This document shows positions 37,962-50,383 of a stretch of DNA of 64,000 nt, one piece after another. The notes under the pieces are model-generated. The model worked only from the letters and a program-made list of their open reading frames with translations. It had not been told where the DNA came from and searched no databases. Source of the DNA: Lama guanicoe (lineage: Eukaryota). The number at the start of each line of letters is the position of its first letter. Position 1 is the stretch's first letter. The stretch spans positions 16,496,029-16,560,028 of the forward strand of contig MU054323.1 of NCBI GenBank assembly GCA_013239625.1, given 5' to 3'. The translations under genes and the position numbers were made by a program.

Positions 37962-40839
37962 TCTTTCTCCCTCATCCTCACAGGAGAGCCTTGCTCTGGC
38001 CCTCTGGCAGCAGTTCCTAGAGAAAACAGCCTGAGCAAGGTGCTTCCTCTTGCTCCCTTGATTCTGGTCTCTCCTCCTAGATTCTTCAGACTGGAGTGGG
38101 TGGTGGGTGGCTCAAACCACTCCCATCACCCTCCCAGTCTGAGTCAAGAAGAAGCGTATTCTCCTCCCAAAGGGAAGCAGAGCTAGAATTTCATCATTTG
38201 TTCCTTCATTCATTCATCTACCAAATATTTAGCGAGCTGCTACTAGGTGCCAGGCAGTCTCTTTGGAACCCACCTGGTAGCCTGCTGGCCCAGGTGCTCA
38301 GTACACACTATGGGGAAGGCCCTATCAAGATGAAGCCGGGCAGGCCGGGTCAGGCCCTGGGACATCAAGTGGCAGGGCAAAGTGCAGGGAGGCATCCTCA
38401 GTGTAAGTGTTTAAGTGGTATCGAAGAAAGCTGCAGGGCTATGGAGTGTGGGGGGAAGTTAACACCACAGAGCTCCCAGGGGTCCTTGGTCATAGAAACC
38501 AGGGAAGTGGTCTGTGGCCCCTCCTCCACTGAGCAGCTGCCCACATGCTCTACCCTACACAGTGCCCAGCTTGCCTGGGCTTGAGGAGTGAGTACAAACT
38601 CAGAACAGACACTTCTCTTGACAGGGGCAGCATAGAATGAGATCCAAACGCTTAGACCCTTATGGTTCATTTCTCTTGAGGTTAGCAGGGAGATTGCAGG
38701 AGCCCTGACAACTGGGCCTGGCCCTGGAAGTTTCTCTGTCTGTGGGAGTCCCATGGACCTCCTCCCTATAGCTAGGAGGGGGAGTCCAGGGACAGGAGCC
38801 AGTGCCCCAGAGCCCCCTCCACTGAGAAATTATGCCAAAGCATCCCAGTGGCTCCTCACTACACATGGTGTGAAACTGCTTCTCACTCGGCTCCGTTCCA
38901 TGCAGGTCCAGGCCCAGCACTTCCGCATCACCACGTGTTGTCTATCCCCAGGTTACCGGAAGATGAGACTAAATGAGGCTTTTTAGATTTTTAAAGTCTT
39001 ACCTCCTCCTGTTTCATAGATGCTCATAGAGGAGGATTTTTTTTTTAAATCACTGGTCTGTTTATAAGGCAGATTAAGCCTTATAAAGGTTTCATAGACT
39101 GAAACCACTAAATCATCCAATACTCAACAGTCTGGTACCAAATACTGAAGTAAAAAGACCTTGAGCTGATTATGACATTCAAGTAATAAATCACTTTGAT
39201 CAGAAAAGGATGCAAGAAAAGCAGCCGAAAGTCAGTCTCCTCAGCCACGTGGCTTTGATCTCCAGGAAAGTGGCAATTCATGCAGACAGCATTTCATAGG
39301 TCTTGATTAGCCCATTCAAACCGGTGATGGTGATTTCCCCATGGATGCAGCACAATAAAGTCAGTAAGTGTCGGGCTGGGCTTTAAACAGAGAATTGCAC
39401 AGGGGGAAGGTTGCTGTGCCAGCCTGAAGACAACTGTTCTCAGATGCTGTACTTACTCTCCAGTCCAGGGAGCAGCCTTGTTTAAGGCATCGAGAGGAAA
39501 CAAATGCCTCTTGTCTTAAATAAGATCCCTTTAATGGGCAGCAGCAAATCAGCACCAGTGAGGACAAGCATCCTTGACTGAGAGGATTTCCTCCTTCTGC
39601 CCCCAAAATGCCACCAACCAGGCTATAGGCAGCCATCTCCTAAACTGGGGCCTCTGGCTTCCATGGTGGTTGGGTCGATTTGGTAGAAATTAAGCCCCTA
39701 AACCCATTTCTTTGTTTAAATCTCCAGTTACTTGTCTTATATTTCTAGGCAGGCAGCCATCGCTCCCATGGTTCTATTTTGCACCTTTTGGCCAGTAAAT
39801 GTAAACGCAGCACCAGTCAAGGGTTGAGTCCACAGAATTTGCAGCAGGGCCAGCAGAGACGGGTTTGATGGGGAGTAAGTGTGCACACAGGCCCCAGTCT
39901 TCCTGGGACAATCCCGCTTTATGCCCATTATTCTAGAGTCCCACCTCATCTGCATTTGTGCTCTCCAGCGTTTCCAGTTTGGATGATGCATGATGGAGCC
40001 ACCCTGGAGGAGACCACTTCCCCAATCCTAGGCGTTATTTGAAGGAATTGACGTGCACAGGCCCTTTTGTTTGGATGAAGGACGAGGATGTGCTTAGGTA
40101 AGTGGGGCTGAGGAAAGGGGTCCAGTCTTGGCTCTTCTCTCTCTGTGGGAATCACAGACTAAGTCAGAGGCTTATTGGGCTCCACTGATGAGAGATCTTG
40201 TGAGATTTGGGGGAGAAGGGCAGTCTTCACATTTTTCTGGTGAACACAGAGGCAGCATCTGACAGAGACTTGGGAGGTGCAGCAGCTGAGTGGCTGGAAA
40301 GTAGGCTCTGTCCTACAGCTCCAGCTCCCTTCCTCCCAGGGCATGGCCGGTGGATGTGCACACTTGTCCCTGAGCACAGTTGGGACTCCCAGTAGTCACC
40401 AGGGCACCTGCATGAGAAGGTAAGATCCCTGAGATTGTGTTTAACTTACTGGATAAGCTTTAAACTTGTGTTCAAGGATTGCTTTAGAGACCCAGGTCAC
40501 CATCCTCCTTCTGGAGACCTCTTGGGCCACAGAACAAGGGATGCTGGTCCTCAACTGCCATGTTGGGTCTGCATGGCCGTCAGGGGAGTCACTTTCCCTA
40601 TTTAGCCACACATTCCCTGCACAGATGGTATTTATGCTCAGGAGATGACTCACTCCTTGTCAGCATACCTTTCTATATTAAACATCCCTGTCACATTCAA
40701 ACTCACTGAGTTTCAGAGTGGGTTGGGCGATATTGAAAGAACCTCTTCTCCTTTTCTAGGAGCTGTGTAGATTTTTGAATTTACTCACAAGATCCACTTG
40801 TCTATAGACTATGACTTTGTGAGACTTCTCTATTTAAGA

Positions 40840-40985
40840 TCTAAGTTTAAAGCCCTGCTCTTTCATTTAACTACATCATCTTGAGATTCTTATTGCCTCT
40901 GTGCCTCAGTTTAGTCCCTTATGAATGAGAACAATATTATCTATCACAAAGAGTTGCTGGGAAGATTAAATGAAATAGTGGCACA
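40840..40985 (+). mobile_element. MIR SINE
   Basis: 'cctctgtgcctcagttt...gagttgctgggaagattaaatgaaata'. Confidence 0.75.
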
Positions 40986-41862
40986 GAGAAAATTTGAAGC
41001 AAATATTTTTTGAGCGAATAAATGACTAAGACAATAATAGAAAATGTGAGAAACTATCAACCAACCTGTTGTATATGATGAAACTTATATTTACTGACTG
41101 TTGTCTATGTATTAGGAACAGTTCTAAGTTCCTGAACACATACCATCTTACAGTTAAGTGAAGGAGTTGGGATGCAAACTTCTGTCTCTTGGCCACCCAA
41201 GATCATGTTCTTAGCTTGTGCCTGCACTGCCTCTTCTGTATCTTTGTCACCAGTGATGCCCTGGGAAGGAATGGCTAGGTTCTTTACCTGTGGTTCCCTT
41301 TTCCCTAATGTAAATGAGATTCCTATGGTTTTATAACTTACTGAGTTTAAAAGGAAAAGTATTGCTATAACATATGTTGATGTGTACAAAGATTTTGGTG
41401 TTTGCACTAAGGAATCTATACCAAATATTGGAATCAAGCCTCCAGCATGCATTACCTGTTACTCTGAGCAGAGAATGAGTTAGGCTTATGTCACTGAAGT
41501 GGAGAAAGAAACCAGTTTTTCTATTACCTTTCTTCCAGTTAGTGAAAACCAAGGTACACAACGACTTGGCTCTGTACCTGTGGTAAATATGGGTCCTCCC
41601 TCTCTGGTTGTTGGGAAGAGTTTCCCTTTTCTTGGGCACAGTGTTTCCCTGGGTTCTCATAGACTCCAATGATTTTGAATTCATCCTCTGTCACTATGAA
41701 AGCATGTGCAAGCATTTGCTCAGAACTGTGTTAGATTCTGTGTGGTTGTGTCAAAAGATAGTCATCCTGGCCTTTGTTGTAAAAAGCGATATAGCAACTG
41801 TCATTTGTGATGAGGTCACTACTTCTAAGGGCTATGCTAGGTACTTCAGAATGTGTTGTCAT

Positions 41863-42255
41863 TGTCGAGGTAGGCTAGTCTATGTTGTGGTAACAAACCA
41901 AATCTCAGTAGCAAATGATAAGTTTACTTCTCAATCTCATTAAAAGTCCCGTATGGGTTGGCTAGGGGACTCTACTCCGCATTTCTTTATATTTTGACCT
42001 GGAATAAAAGAGTTTCCATGTGTTCCATCTATGGCATTACTAGTTGCCATGGCAAGAAGGGAGCACAACTGTGTCTTACACTGGCTACTAAATACTTCTG
42101 TGTAGAGCAACACAGAACACTTCTGCTTTCATTTCATTGGCCAGAGCAAGTCCCACGGATAAGTCCAACTTCAAGGACTAGGAAAATACAGTCTCCCATG
42201 GGCCCAAAAGGAGGAAGGTGAGCACTGTTAGTGAGCTGCACAAATGACCACCACA
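41863..42255 (-). mobile_element. MLT1J-type MaLR solo LTR inserted into a minus-strand MIR (MIR parts ~41790-41860 and ~42270-42410)
   Basis: 'aggctagtctatgttgtggtaacaaaccaaatctcagt...cacttctgctttcatttcattggccagagcaagtc...aatgaccaccaca'. Collinear MIR pieces lie on both sides. Confidence 0.85.
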
Positions 42256-44179
42256 CTTATAAGATCTGTCTTAAACCTCAGGACAGCTCAGTGAGGTGGG
42301 TCTGTTATCTTTCCCATGTTATAGATGGGGACACTAAGAGAGGTTATGTAACTTTCCCAAGGTGGCACGGCTGATGAGTAGAGGGACAGGATTTGAAAAG
42401 AGACCTAGGCACAGGAGGGACCTTCTATAAGGCCCCCGATCACATGGGGCATGGTCCTTATGGATTCATTCTTCTCTACCACTCTGAGCTTCCCTGCCTT
42501 TGGTTCTCCTTCTGTATTATCTTAGTCCTAAGCCACAGCTGAAATGTACAATTCCCGGCCATCGTCATACCATCTGAACTTGTATGACCCACTCAGGTTT
42601 CACAATACTTTACATAGGTCAGTTGTGCTGAAACAAGCCAGGAAATGGAGTCCAAGACACATGGACCTCTGTGCTGGAAGGAACCTTAGAATGTCCTCTC
42701 CAGCTACCTTATTTTATAGGTGAGAAGGATCTTGCCCATTAACCAAAAACCAATGACCTGACTTGCAATTCAGAGTGCTTTGATTTGTGGTACTTTGCCT
42801 AGGTATTTCTATGCATGATGTGTTTTTCAAAAGAAGGTGAAGGCATGGAGTGTAGCCCTGGTGGGATGGCTATGATGTGCTTGAACTTGAACGCAGCTGT
42901 AACGGGATGAGGACTGAGTGGAGGGGTTAGTATCCCTCGAGTGTGAGATTTCACAGAATCCCACCTCTGGAATCCTTGTGTGCATTATCCGAAAGCCTCC
43001 CTGAACTTTCTTAACTTTACCATCTTGAGCTTTTAAAGAAAACACTAATTGTATGTTTCGAAATCCAGAAAAGGAAAGGGGGTGAGGGACACTGAGACCA
43101 GCCATTCCAGCCCTGGCTAAGCCTCCCCTGGCACTGGCCCTAGGGGTGAGCTTGCCTCTGTGGATTCCTAGCCGGGAAGCACCACCCTGGTTTATTTTCA
43201 GAGGTAGAAATTCAAGCAAAAATTATCTCCTCTCACAGCAAATTAAAAGCCCAGGCTCATCCATCCCGGGAGCGGGGTGAGCACAGCCAGTGGCCGGCAA
43301 AGGGCCGTAATGACAGGCTGAGGTTGGTGTATTTCCTTTAAAGGCATGAGCCACTCACAAAACACACAAAGTAAACAGAGACATAAAAGTCCATGGAAAA
43401 GGCCCACAAATGAGAGCAAGAGTCTGAGCCAAGATCAGAGTGTATTTTGATTCTGAGGGTGATCGAGGATTGTGGCAGCAAGAATTGCTCAGTGGAAGAA
43501 GAGGCTGGGTCTGTGTTTAAGAGAATGTGGAAGCTGTTGTGCATGACACTGCAGAGGTGGGGTGAGGGCCCCTGCCTGTCACACATACATGTTCACACAC
43601 ACATGCACGCTCACATATACACACACGCTCACACACACCCTCATTGTTATGACCTTAACAGCATCTCCTCCTTCCACTGATTCTCTTTCCACTGATTCTC
43701 ATCAGACTCTCCATCTCCATCTGGACTTCTGCCTACCTTCCCGGGAACAGGGCAGCCTGGCCCTGCTGGTCAGTGTTTCTGCTTGGAATACCTCTCCTCT
43801 CTTATATTCTGTACCTGCCATATTGCTGAGAACTTAAGCAAACTTAAGTCACCTCTTTCATGAAGTCCTCCAGGACTGGTGCTTCTGGGCTCCTGCAACT
43901 TCCCTTTTTGACTTTTTTATGTAGCTCTGCCACTTCAGTGAGGACTTGTGTTCATGTCAGTTTCTTGGAAGTTAGTTTGGGCTTCGTTATAAGATCTGCA
44001 GGAGTTGAGATTTTAATTTTTCCTTATTATGCCTCACACGTTTAACTTTCAAAAGCGTTTTCACATCTATCATCTGATTTTGCCTTCAGTATGACTTGAT
44101 GAGGTCAGCGGGTGGGGAAAATCATTCCAATTACCAATGGGAATTTTTTCAACAAGATGGCTCAGAACGTGAGCTTTGG

Positions 44180-44600
44180 CTGGTTGGGTTTCTCTGATCT
44201 CTCTAAGCCTCAGTTCTCTCATCTGTAAACAGAGATGAAAATAGCTCCTGCCCACAGGTTATTTTAAGGATTAAATGAGATAACACAGCTAGCATGCTTA
44301 CCTCACACAGAGAGAGTGTCCAGTAAAGTTGTCATTATTTCAATGATGATTGAAAATGATGGTTCCTCTCCGACTTAGAGAAGTTAATGTATAAGGGATG
44401 GTAGGAGAAGCAAAAGAGTTGGAGGCAGCAGACTCTGGTTCTGTTTGCCTTGTGCCTTTGGGCAGGTTGCTTTGCCTCTCTGAGCCTCAACTTCTTCATC
44501 TTAGGTAGGAAAAACGACACGATACGTCATGCATGTCACAGTGGGCGTGGGAGGATTAATTCAAAACTGCTTTTGAAAGCAGATTGTAAATTGAGACAAA
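44180..44600 (+). mobile_element. Two MIR copies (~44180-44340 and ~44420-44600)
   Basis: 'ctctctaagcctcagttctctcatctgtaaacagagatg' and 'tttgggcaggttgctttgcctctctgagcctcaacttcttcatc'. Confidence 0.85.
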
Positions 44601-45599
44601 AATGTTAATTTATTAATCTGCCTAAATTCATGCAGCCCATCAGTGCTGGAGCCAGATTTCCTGCTTCCTGGTGTCCTTTCCAGCAGGCTGTGCTTTCCCC
44701 CGGAGTCCCCTCACCGCCCCCATGAATGCTGCTGACTGCCTGTGGGCTGGATAGGTGGGCTGCACACCACAGCTCTGAGCGCCCAGCACTGAGCACTGGG
44801 GTCCCCAGCTTGGGCCACCCCTCTTTGTCCTGCCTGTCCTCATGCGCAGTGGAATTGTGCAGAGAAAGCAGAGCTCAGAAACCAAACAGCCATTTCTGCT
44901 GTCCCGACTCTTTTGCCTTATCTCTACCGTTGGCCGAGAGACCAAGAGGGGAGGGTGAGAGAGACCTAATAAAAACGGATCTTAGCCATTGGGAGGAACC
45001 TTAGAATCTACGCAGCAAACTGCGCCTCTATACTTCACAAGTGACTCGTGACCTATGTTATTAATCTCACTTTACTTAAGGGCAAGCGGATACACACATG
45101 GATATTTTACTAGTGTTTTCCCAGTGGCCCATGGATTAATTTCTCTAAAGCCAGTCTTTTTGGCCTGCAGGGAGAATGTGGTGTGATCTCCACTGCATGA
45201 AGTCACTTCAGTCTTCTCCCTCGCCCATGAGCAGGTCTAGGGTTGGAACTACCTGAGAAGTACCCCAGGGTTTTCCCTGCTCAGGGAAGAACAGGTTACT
45301 TTGGACATTTCACTCCAGTTGTGAAGTTCTTCAGGGACTGTCTCAGTCCCTTCAGACCACAGTTTCTCTGAAATGTTTATGTCGACCCAGACAGTGTCAG
45401 GTCTGGAGTAATCAGTTCAGCCTACCCTGAAACATCTTGTTTCCATCCTTCCTGCTTCTGTATCCCCTTTCAAAGCATTATTTGCTCCAGAACAATCTAG
45501 AGGTCTCTGAAAGTCTGATTAGATGATGGTGAAGTGACTATACTCTCTCCACATGGTCAAAGGGACTGATGAGAGTCGAGGACTGAGAGATTTGGTCGC

Positions 45600-45958
45600 A
45601 AGCTTGACTATGGACTCCTAGCATGATGTTGGGAATATTCCTAAGACTTTCTATCAGGAATAAATGGTCTGGTCCTTTATTGGTCATAAAGATAAGGTGG
45701 GAATCAATGGCTCTGAGCTTGAGCCCCCTGGATGTAAGATCCTACCATATCTAGTAATCTAAACAATTACATGTATTAGAGCCATAAGTCCTCACAAATT
45801 CATTAGTTCATAGTTCTATCTTTGTCAAAAGGATGACCAGATGGTGTCGAGTCAACCATAATTTAAAGGAGAAAGGTGACACCCTGGGGTCCTTTTGTAC
45901 CTGATTTCAGTATCTATTGCAAACTTATGGACACTGTCCTAGCATCTGATCTTAGTCA
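45600..45958 (+). mobile_element. Possible ancient ERVL internal (protease/RT N-terminal) relic
   Basis: Hand translation across frameshifts gives RWESMAL, PDG and VNHNLKEK-VTPWGPFVPD, versus recalled ERVL pol KWKPLEL, PDG and VDYRKLNQVVTPIAAAVPD. Confidence 0.4.
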
Positions 45959-46505
45959 TGTATCAGTTTTCTATTTCTGCTCAACAATCCACCCAAAATT
46001 TAGTGGGCTAAAACAAAGATAATATATTTATTCATGATCCTGTAATTTGGACCAGGAACCTGGGCAGTTCCTGTGCTGGGCTCACCTGGGCTTGTGTGTG
46101 CTGCAGTCACTTGGCAGGTGAGGGGGTAGGTACTGGGGAATGCTGACTAGGAGGCTGACTAGTCCAGCTGGCCTCAGTCATATCTGGGGCCTCAGTGGTG
46201 ATGGCTGGAATTCCTCGGGTGACTGGGACTCTGTCTCCATGTTGTCCCTCATCCTCAAGGAGACCAGCCTGCGCTCCCTAACGTGGGAGTCACAGAGCAT
46301 CAAGAAGGTGAGAATGGACACTCAAGGTCCAGTGTCACACCTGCCACATTCTGTGGATCAAAGCAAGTCATAGGACCAGCCCAGATTCAAGAGGGAGGGA
46401 AAATAGACTCCATCTTTAATTGAAAGGATGATAATTTCACATCACAAAGAAGCATGCACCCAGGGATGGAAGCTATTGCTAGGGCCAGCCTTATACTCTA
46501 TCACG
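45959..46505 (-). mobile_element. MLT1G/H-type MaLR solo LTR
   Basis: 'tgtatcagttttctatttctgctcaacaatccacccaaaatttagtgggctaaaacaa...ctgccacattctgtggatcaaagcaagtcataggaccagcccagattcaag'. Confidence 0.9.
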
Positions 46506-46644
46506 ATCACTGAAGCTGCCTGCTTATAAACTATTCCTCCCTTCTCTCATGAGTGACTTGCTCCTCAGTGGCAAATACAGATGGGAACTCTAAATCTTCC
46601 TTTCTCTGGCTGAGTAAACTGTGGTCAATCATTTAAGTCGAAAT

Positions 46645-46945
46645 ATAGAACGAAGATTTATGGAATGATAACTGTGTGCAAACACTATGTACATATAACC
46701 CTATATAATTCTCAAAACAACTTTGTCCTAAGTCTTCTTCCTATTTTATTGCTAAGAAAGCTGCTGTTCAGAGAGAGTTAATGATTTATTCAGTGTCACT
46801 CAGTTATAAGGGATGGAGCTGGAAGTTTCCTCATCAATAAAATGGGAATCATGAAATTTACCACAAGTATAGTTGGGAGGATGGAGTGAGATACTATATG
46901 TGGAAGTACCTGTTAAACCCCAAAGCACTGCACAAATGTTAGATG
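46645..46945. mobile_element. Two MIR fragments, head-to-head
   Basis: 'taattctcaaaacaac...ctattttattgctaagaaagctg...cagagagagttaatg' (-) and 'gtttcctcatcaataaaatgggaatcat' (+). Confidence 0.7.
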
Positions 46946-47229
46946 TAGTTTTCATCAAGCCAGGCAGACTTCTTTGGGGGAGGGGGTTGTCTAAGAAGGC
47001 GCCAGAGCCATCTGAGCCAGACACCAACTGTTGTGTGTCTCTCAGCTGCTATTTGCTTTGGCTTCGGACCAAATCCTTCACCAAGTGCCTTTGGTGGTGA
47101 TGGACAAGAAAGAACCCTGTGGGCCAGGTGGCAAGCCAGGGCATGCTACAGGTGAGGACACAGACTTTCCCTACAGGTATGTTTCCATTGAAAGAAGGGA
47201 GAGACCTAAGCAAAACTCCAGCTGCCTTA

Positions 47230-47800
47230 ATACTGCCTTCCATTGCCTCAGCAGCACATCAAGGGTAGAGGAATTGTATGCTTTTAATTGACTCATGACC
47301 ACATACATATCCTTGAATTGCCCTGAGATTACTTTCTCCCAACTCTCCTTTTTACTAACGCTCATTCCACTTCTTTCCACTTCACTTTATTTGAACTCCA
47401 TTCCCTTATAATGAATACTTCACCTCTTCAATCTCCATGCCATTGTTTCTTCCACCTCCTTGTCTTACCCGGATTGTTTCCAACCTAATTCTGTGGCCAG
47501 GAGGCAAGGGCAGCCTTCCCCGATCTTCTCATTACACACCCACCGTCCACCCATAGGCAAAATCTCTTCCTCCTTTGAGCTTCATGCTCTTCAGATGCAC
47601 CATGTTCTCTCTGCTCTGCCTTGTTGCTGTCATCTGCTAACCTCCCATCACTTACTACCATCATGCTTTGAGAATTCTGGCATCTTAGCCACATCCTACC
47701 TGCCATCACCAAAGACAACTTTGACACTCATTAACATCCTAGACTCAGAGTTCCTGAACTTTTACAACCCACTGCATTTCATCTATACCCCAATGACAGC
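47230..47800 (+). mobile_element. L2 ORF2 endonuclease-domain relic
   Basis: Hand translation gives SSFELHALQM, LVAVIC*PP, PAITKDNFDTH and LDSEFLN, in the order of L2 APE motifs SFE.H, VAVIYRPP, IILGDFNIH and ASQFLD. Confidence 0.7.
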
Positions 47801-47859
47801 TGAATACAAAGTGTTAAAGGCCTCATATGGGGAAGTAAAATTTAATCTATGCCATGTGG

Positions 47860-47985
47860 CTGAAGATGGCAGAACCAGAACCTGTGGGGAGCTTTAAAGG
47901 AGGCAGGTTTCAGCTGTTAATCAGGAGTCTCCCAGTAGAGTCATCCGCTAGTGAGATAGGCTTCTTTGCAGATTCATTACAGAAT
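47860..47985 (+). mobile_element. L3/CR1 LINE 3' fragment
   Basis: 'ggcagaaccagaacctgtggggagctttaaaggaggcaggtttcagct' resembles the L3 3' consensus. Confidence 0.6.
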
Positions 47986-47999
47986 GTGTTCACCAAAAA

Positions 48000-48225
48000 A
48001 GCCTGGAGTCAGAAAATCTGGTTTTGAGTCTTGTCTTAGCTCCTTACCAACTCATGAAACTTGAATAGGACTCAACTCCTATAAATCTTAGTTTTTTCAT
48101 ACTTAAAACAAAAGAATAATATTTTTCAGAGTTTCTACCTCACTAGGTCATAGTAAAAACCAAATGAGGTCAAGAGTGAGAAAATAACTATAAACTGTAA
48201 GATACTCATCAAATATCACTATAAT
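48000..48225 (+). mobile_element. MIR SINE
   Basis: 'ctggagtcagaaaatctggttttgagtcttg...tcttagttttttcatacttaaaac...ctacctcactagg'. Confidence 0.8.
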
Positions 48226-48317
48226 CCCTGGGAAGACAAAGCCTGCGCATATAACTCATACAAATCCAAGTTTTTGTCTATGAAGCCAAAAGGAAGAAAG
48301 AAGACAATTAAATAATG

Positions 48318-50383
48318 GATTCCGGTTAAGATGATGGATTAAATATATACATCTATTTTCACTTCCTCCCCAAATCCTGGAATTTTTTTTAAAGGCATAA
48401 ACCAACAAGGGTGGGAAGAATGAGAGAAGAGATAATGACAGCAACATGTTGGAGGCGTGACAGCAAACCCGAGAAAGCTGACTCCTCAGGCAACTGTGGA
48501 AAAGTGAAAAGGGAACTTGATTTACCCTACAAAATTCTGAACCAGTCAGCTATCAGAACACCGATGGATGGGCCTTCACCCTCCAGGCAGAAGACTGAGT
48601 ATGTCTTCTCTGGGAAACCTGACCAAATCAAGAGGAAGCACCTCAAGATATTGACACTGGGGTTTCCAGCCAGATCACCCTATAAGGAAGCTAATATTTA
48701 GTAAGAGCCACTCATGATTTGAAGCTTCCAGTCAGCTTTTTAGTGCCTTAAGTAGTAAAGACAACCAAGGATCATCAGACATATGAGGGAAGCCTCATAT
48801 TAAAGACTGAAAGCGAAACAAATTGTAGAAAAATAAAGCAATTTAGAGGAAGCGGAGACTTTGTAAGAGGGAAGAGTGTGTGTGTGTGTGTGTGTATCCT
48901 AACCCTATGTCAATAGCTTTAAGGAGATAAGATATTGCAACCATGAAGCAAGATAAGGATGCTTTATTAAAAAGAAACATTCATGGGGAAAAAAAGCTCT
49001 TAAAAATTAAAAATATGATAGCAAAAATGAAAAAATAGGGGAGCTGAAAGATAAAGTTGAAAATTTCCAGCAAGTAGAGCAAAAAGACAGATATAGACAA
49101 TAGAAAAGTTTTAAAAAGTTAAGAAAAACTATCCTAAGGAGTCCAAGATGCAAACAATAGGAGTCCCAGAAAAAGAGAAGAGGTAAAATGAAGGAAGAAA
49201 ATCAATAAATAAATAATCTGAGAAAAATTTCCAGTAAGATATGAATTTCCATATTGAAAGGACGCACAAAGTGCCCAGCCCAGTGAATAAAAATAGACCC
49301 ATATCAATGCAAATTATTGTGAAATTTCAGAATGCTCATGACAAAGATAAGATCCTGCAGGCTTTCACAGAGAAAGCACATTTACAAAGAAACAAATCAG
49401 AATGGTATCATTCTTTTCAGTTGCAATGTGAGAAGTTAGAACAGAGGAGTTTCATGCCTTCATAATTCTGAAAGAAAGTAATTGGCCACCTAAAATTATA
49501 CACTCAAACCATAAGTAGAGTCTGAGATAGAATGAGGACTATTTTTGACATTCAACATTTTTTAAAGGTACTTCCTCTTCACCCTTTCTCAGGAAGCTCT
49601 AGTAAGATACGTTCTACTCTAATGAAGGGCTGAGCAGAAGAGGAGGAAGCCATGGGATATAGGAAAGAGGAGCTCTAACACGGGAGAAAGTCCAGTGATA
49701 TTTCCGGGATAAGATGGAATCATGACCCAGGACGACAGCTGTATCCAGCGAGGAAGGGTAACCAGGCCATGTAAGAATGGGTCGGAAGGCTCCAGAAAAT
49801 TTCTCCAGGATGAAACTAATTGACCCTGTGAGGCATTTGAACATAGTGGCAGGAGATTTGGAAAACTGGTGGAGGGTTTGAGGTTGCATTCGTGTAAGTG
49901 CATAAAAAATCGAGCAAATGAAAAGACAAAACAAGGCGTAATTATTAGCTTCAGGGAAAATAAAAGGTCGTTCAAAAAAGGAAATGAATAAGTTTCCTTC
50001 GTGGTTCAGCTGTGAATACCATTTACATAGACATGAAAATGTAAACACCGAATATTGATCTAAAGCAAAAGTATAGCTGTAATGGGAGGATGAGGAAACG
50101 GTACGGGCATGTGATGGTGAAGGGAAATGAAAAAGAACTACATTCTCTGCCTTCCACAGTAGGAAGTCAACAGTTGATGCCTAAAAATGAAAGACCAAGA
50201 AGTAGCCACACAAATGTGTTATTTAGAGTTAAATGTGGTGACACAGTCTTTTGAGTTGAAAATCATTGCCTGTGGGGAAAGGAAAGAGAAGATGGGGGAA
50301 TTGATCATTCCTGCCACAAATCTGGTAGAATAGTTTGATTCCATAAAATAAGGCATTTGTAACCTTGATAAAAATGCAAATGA
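48318..50383 (+). mobile_element. Near full-length HAL1 (half-L1, ORF1-only non-autonomous element), decayed
   Basis: 5' end 'ttccggttaagatgatggatt'. ORF1p peptide IERTHK...QIIVKFQNAHDKDKILQAF (49241-49465). HAL1-type 3' region 'accctttctcaggaagct...aatgtaaacaccgaatattgatctaa...ttgataaaaatg'. Degenerate 17-bp TSD. Confidence 0.9.

Noticed and set aside
38096..38584. Longest ORF in the track (162 aa)
   Set aside because: Non-ATG start, runs through an L2 tail (~38190-38260), no recognisable domain and no evident splice structure.
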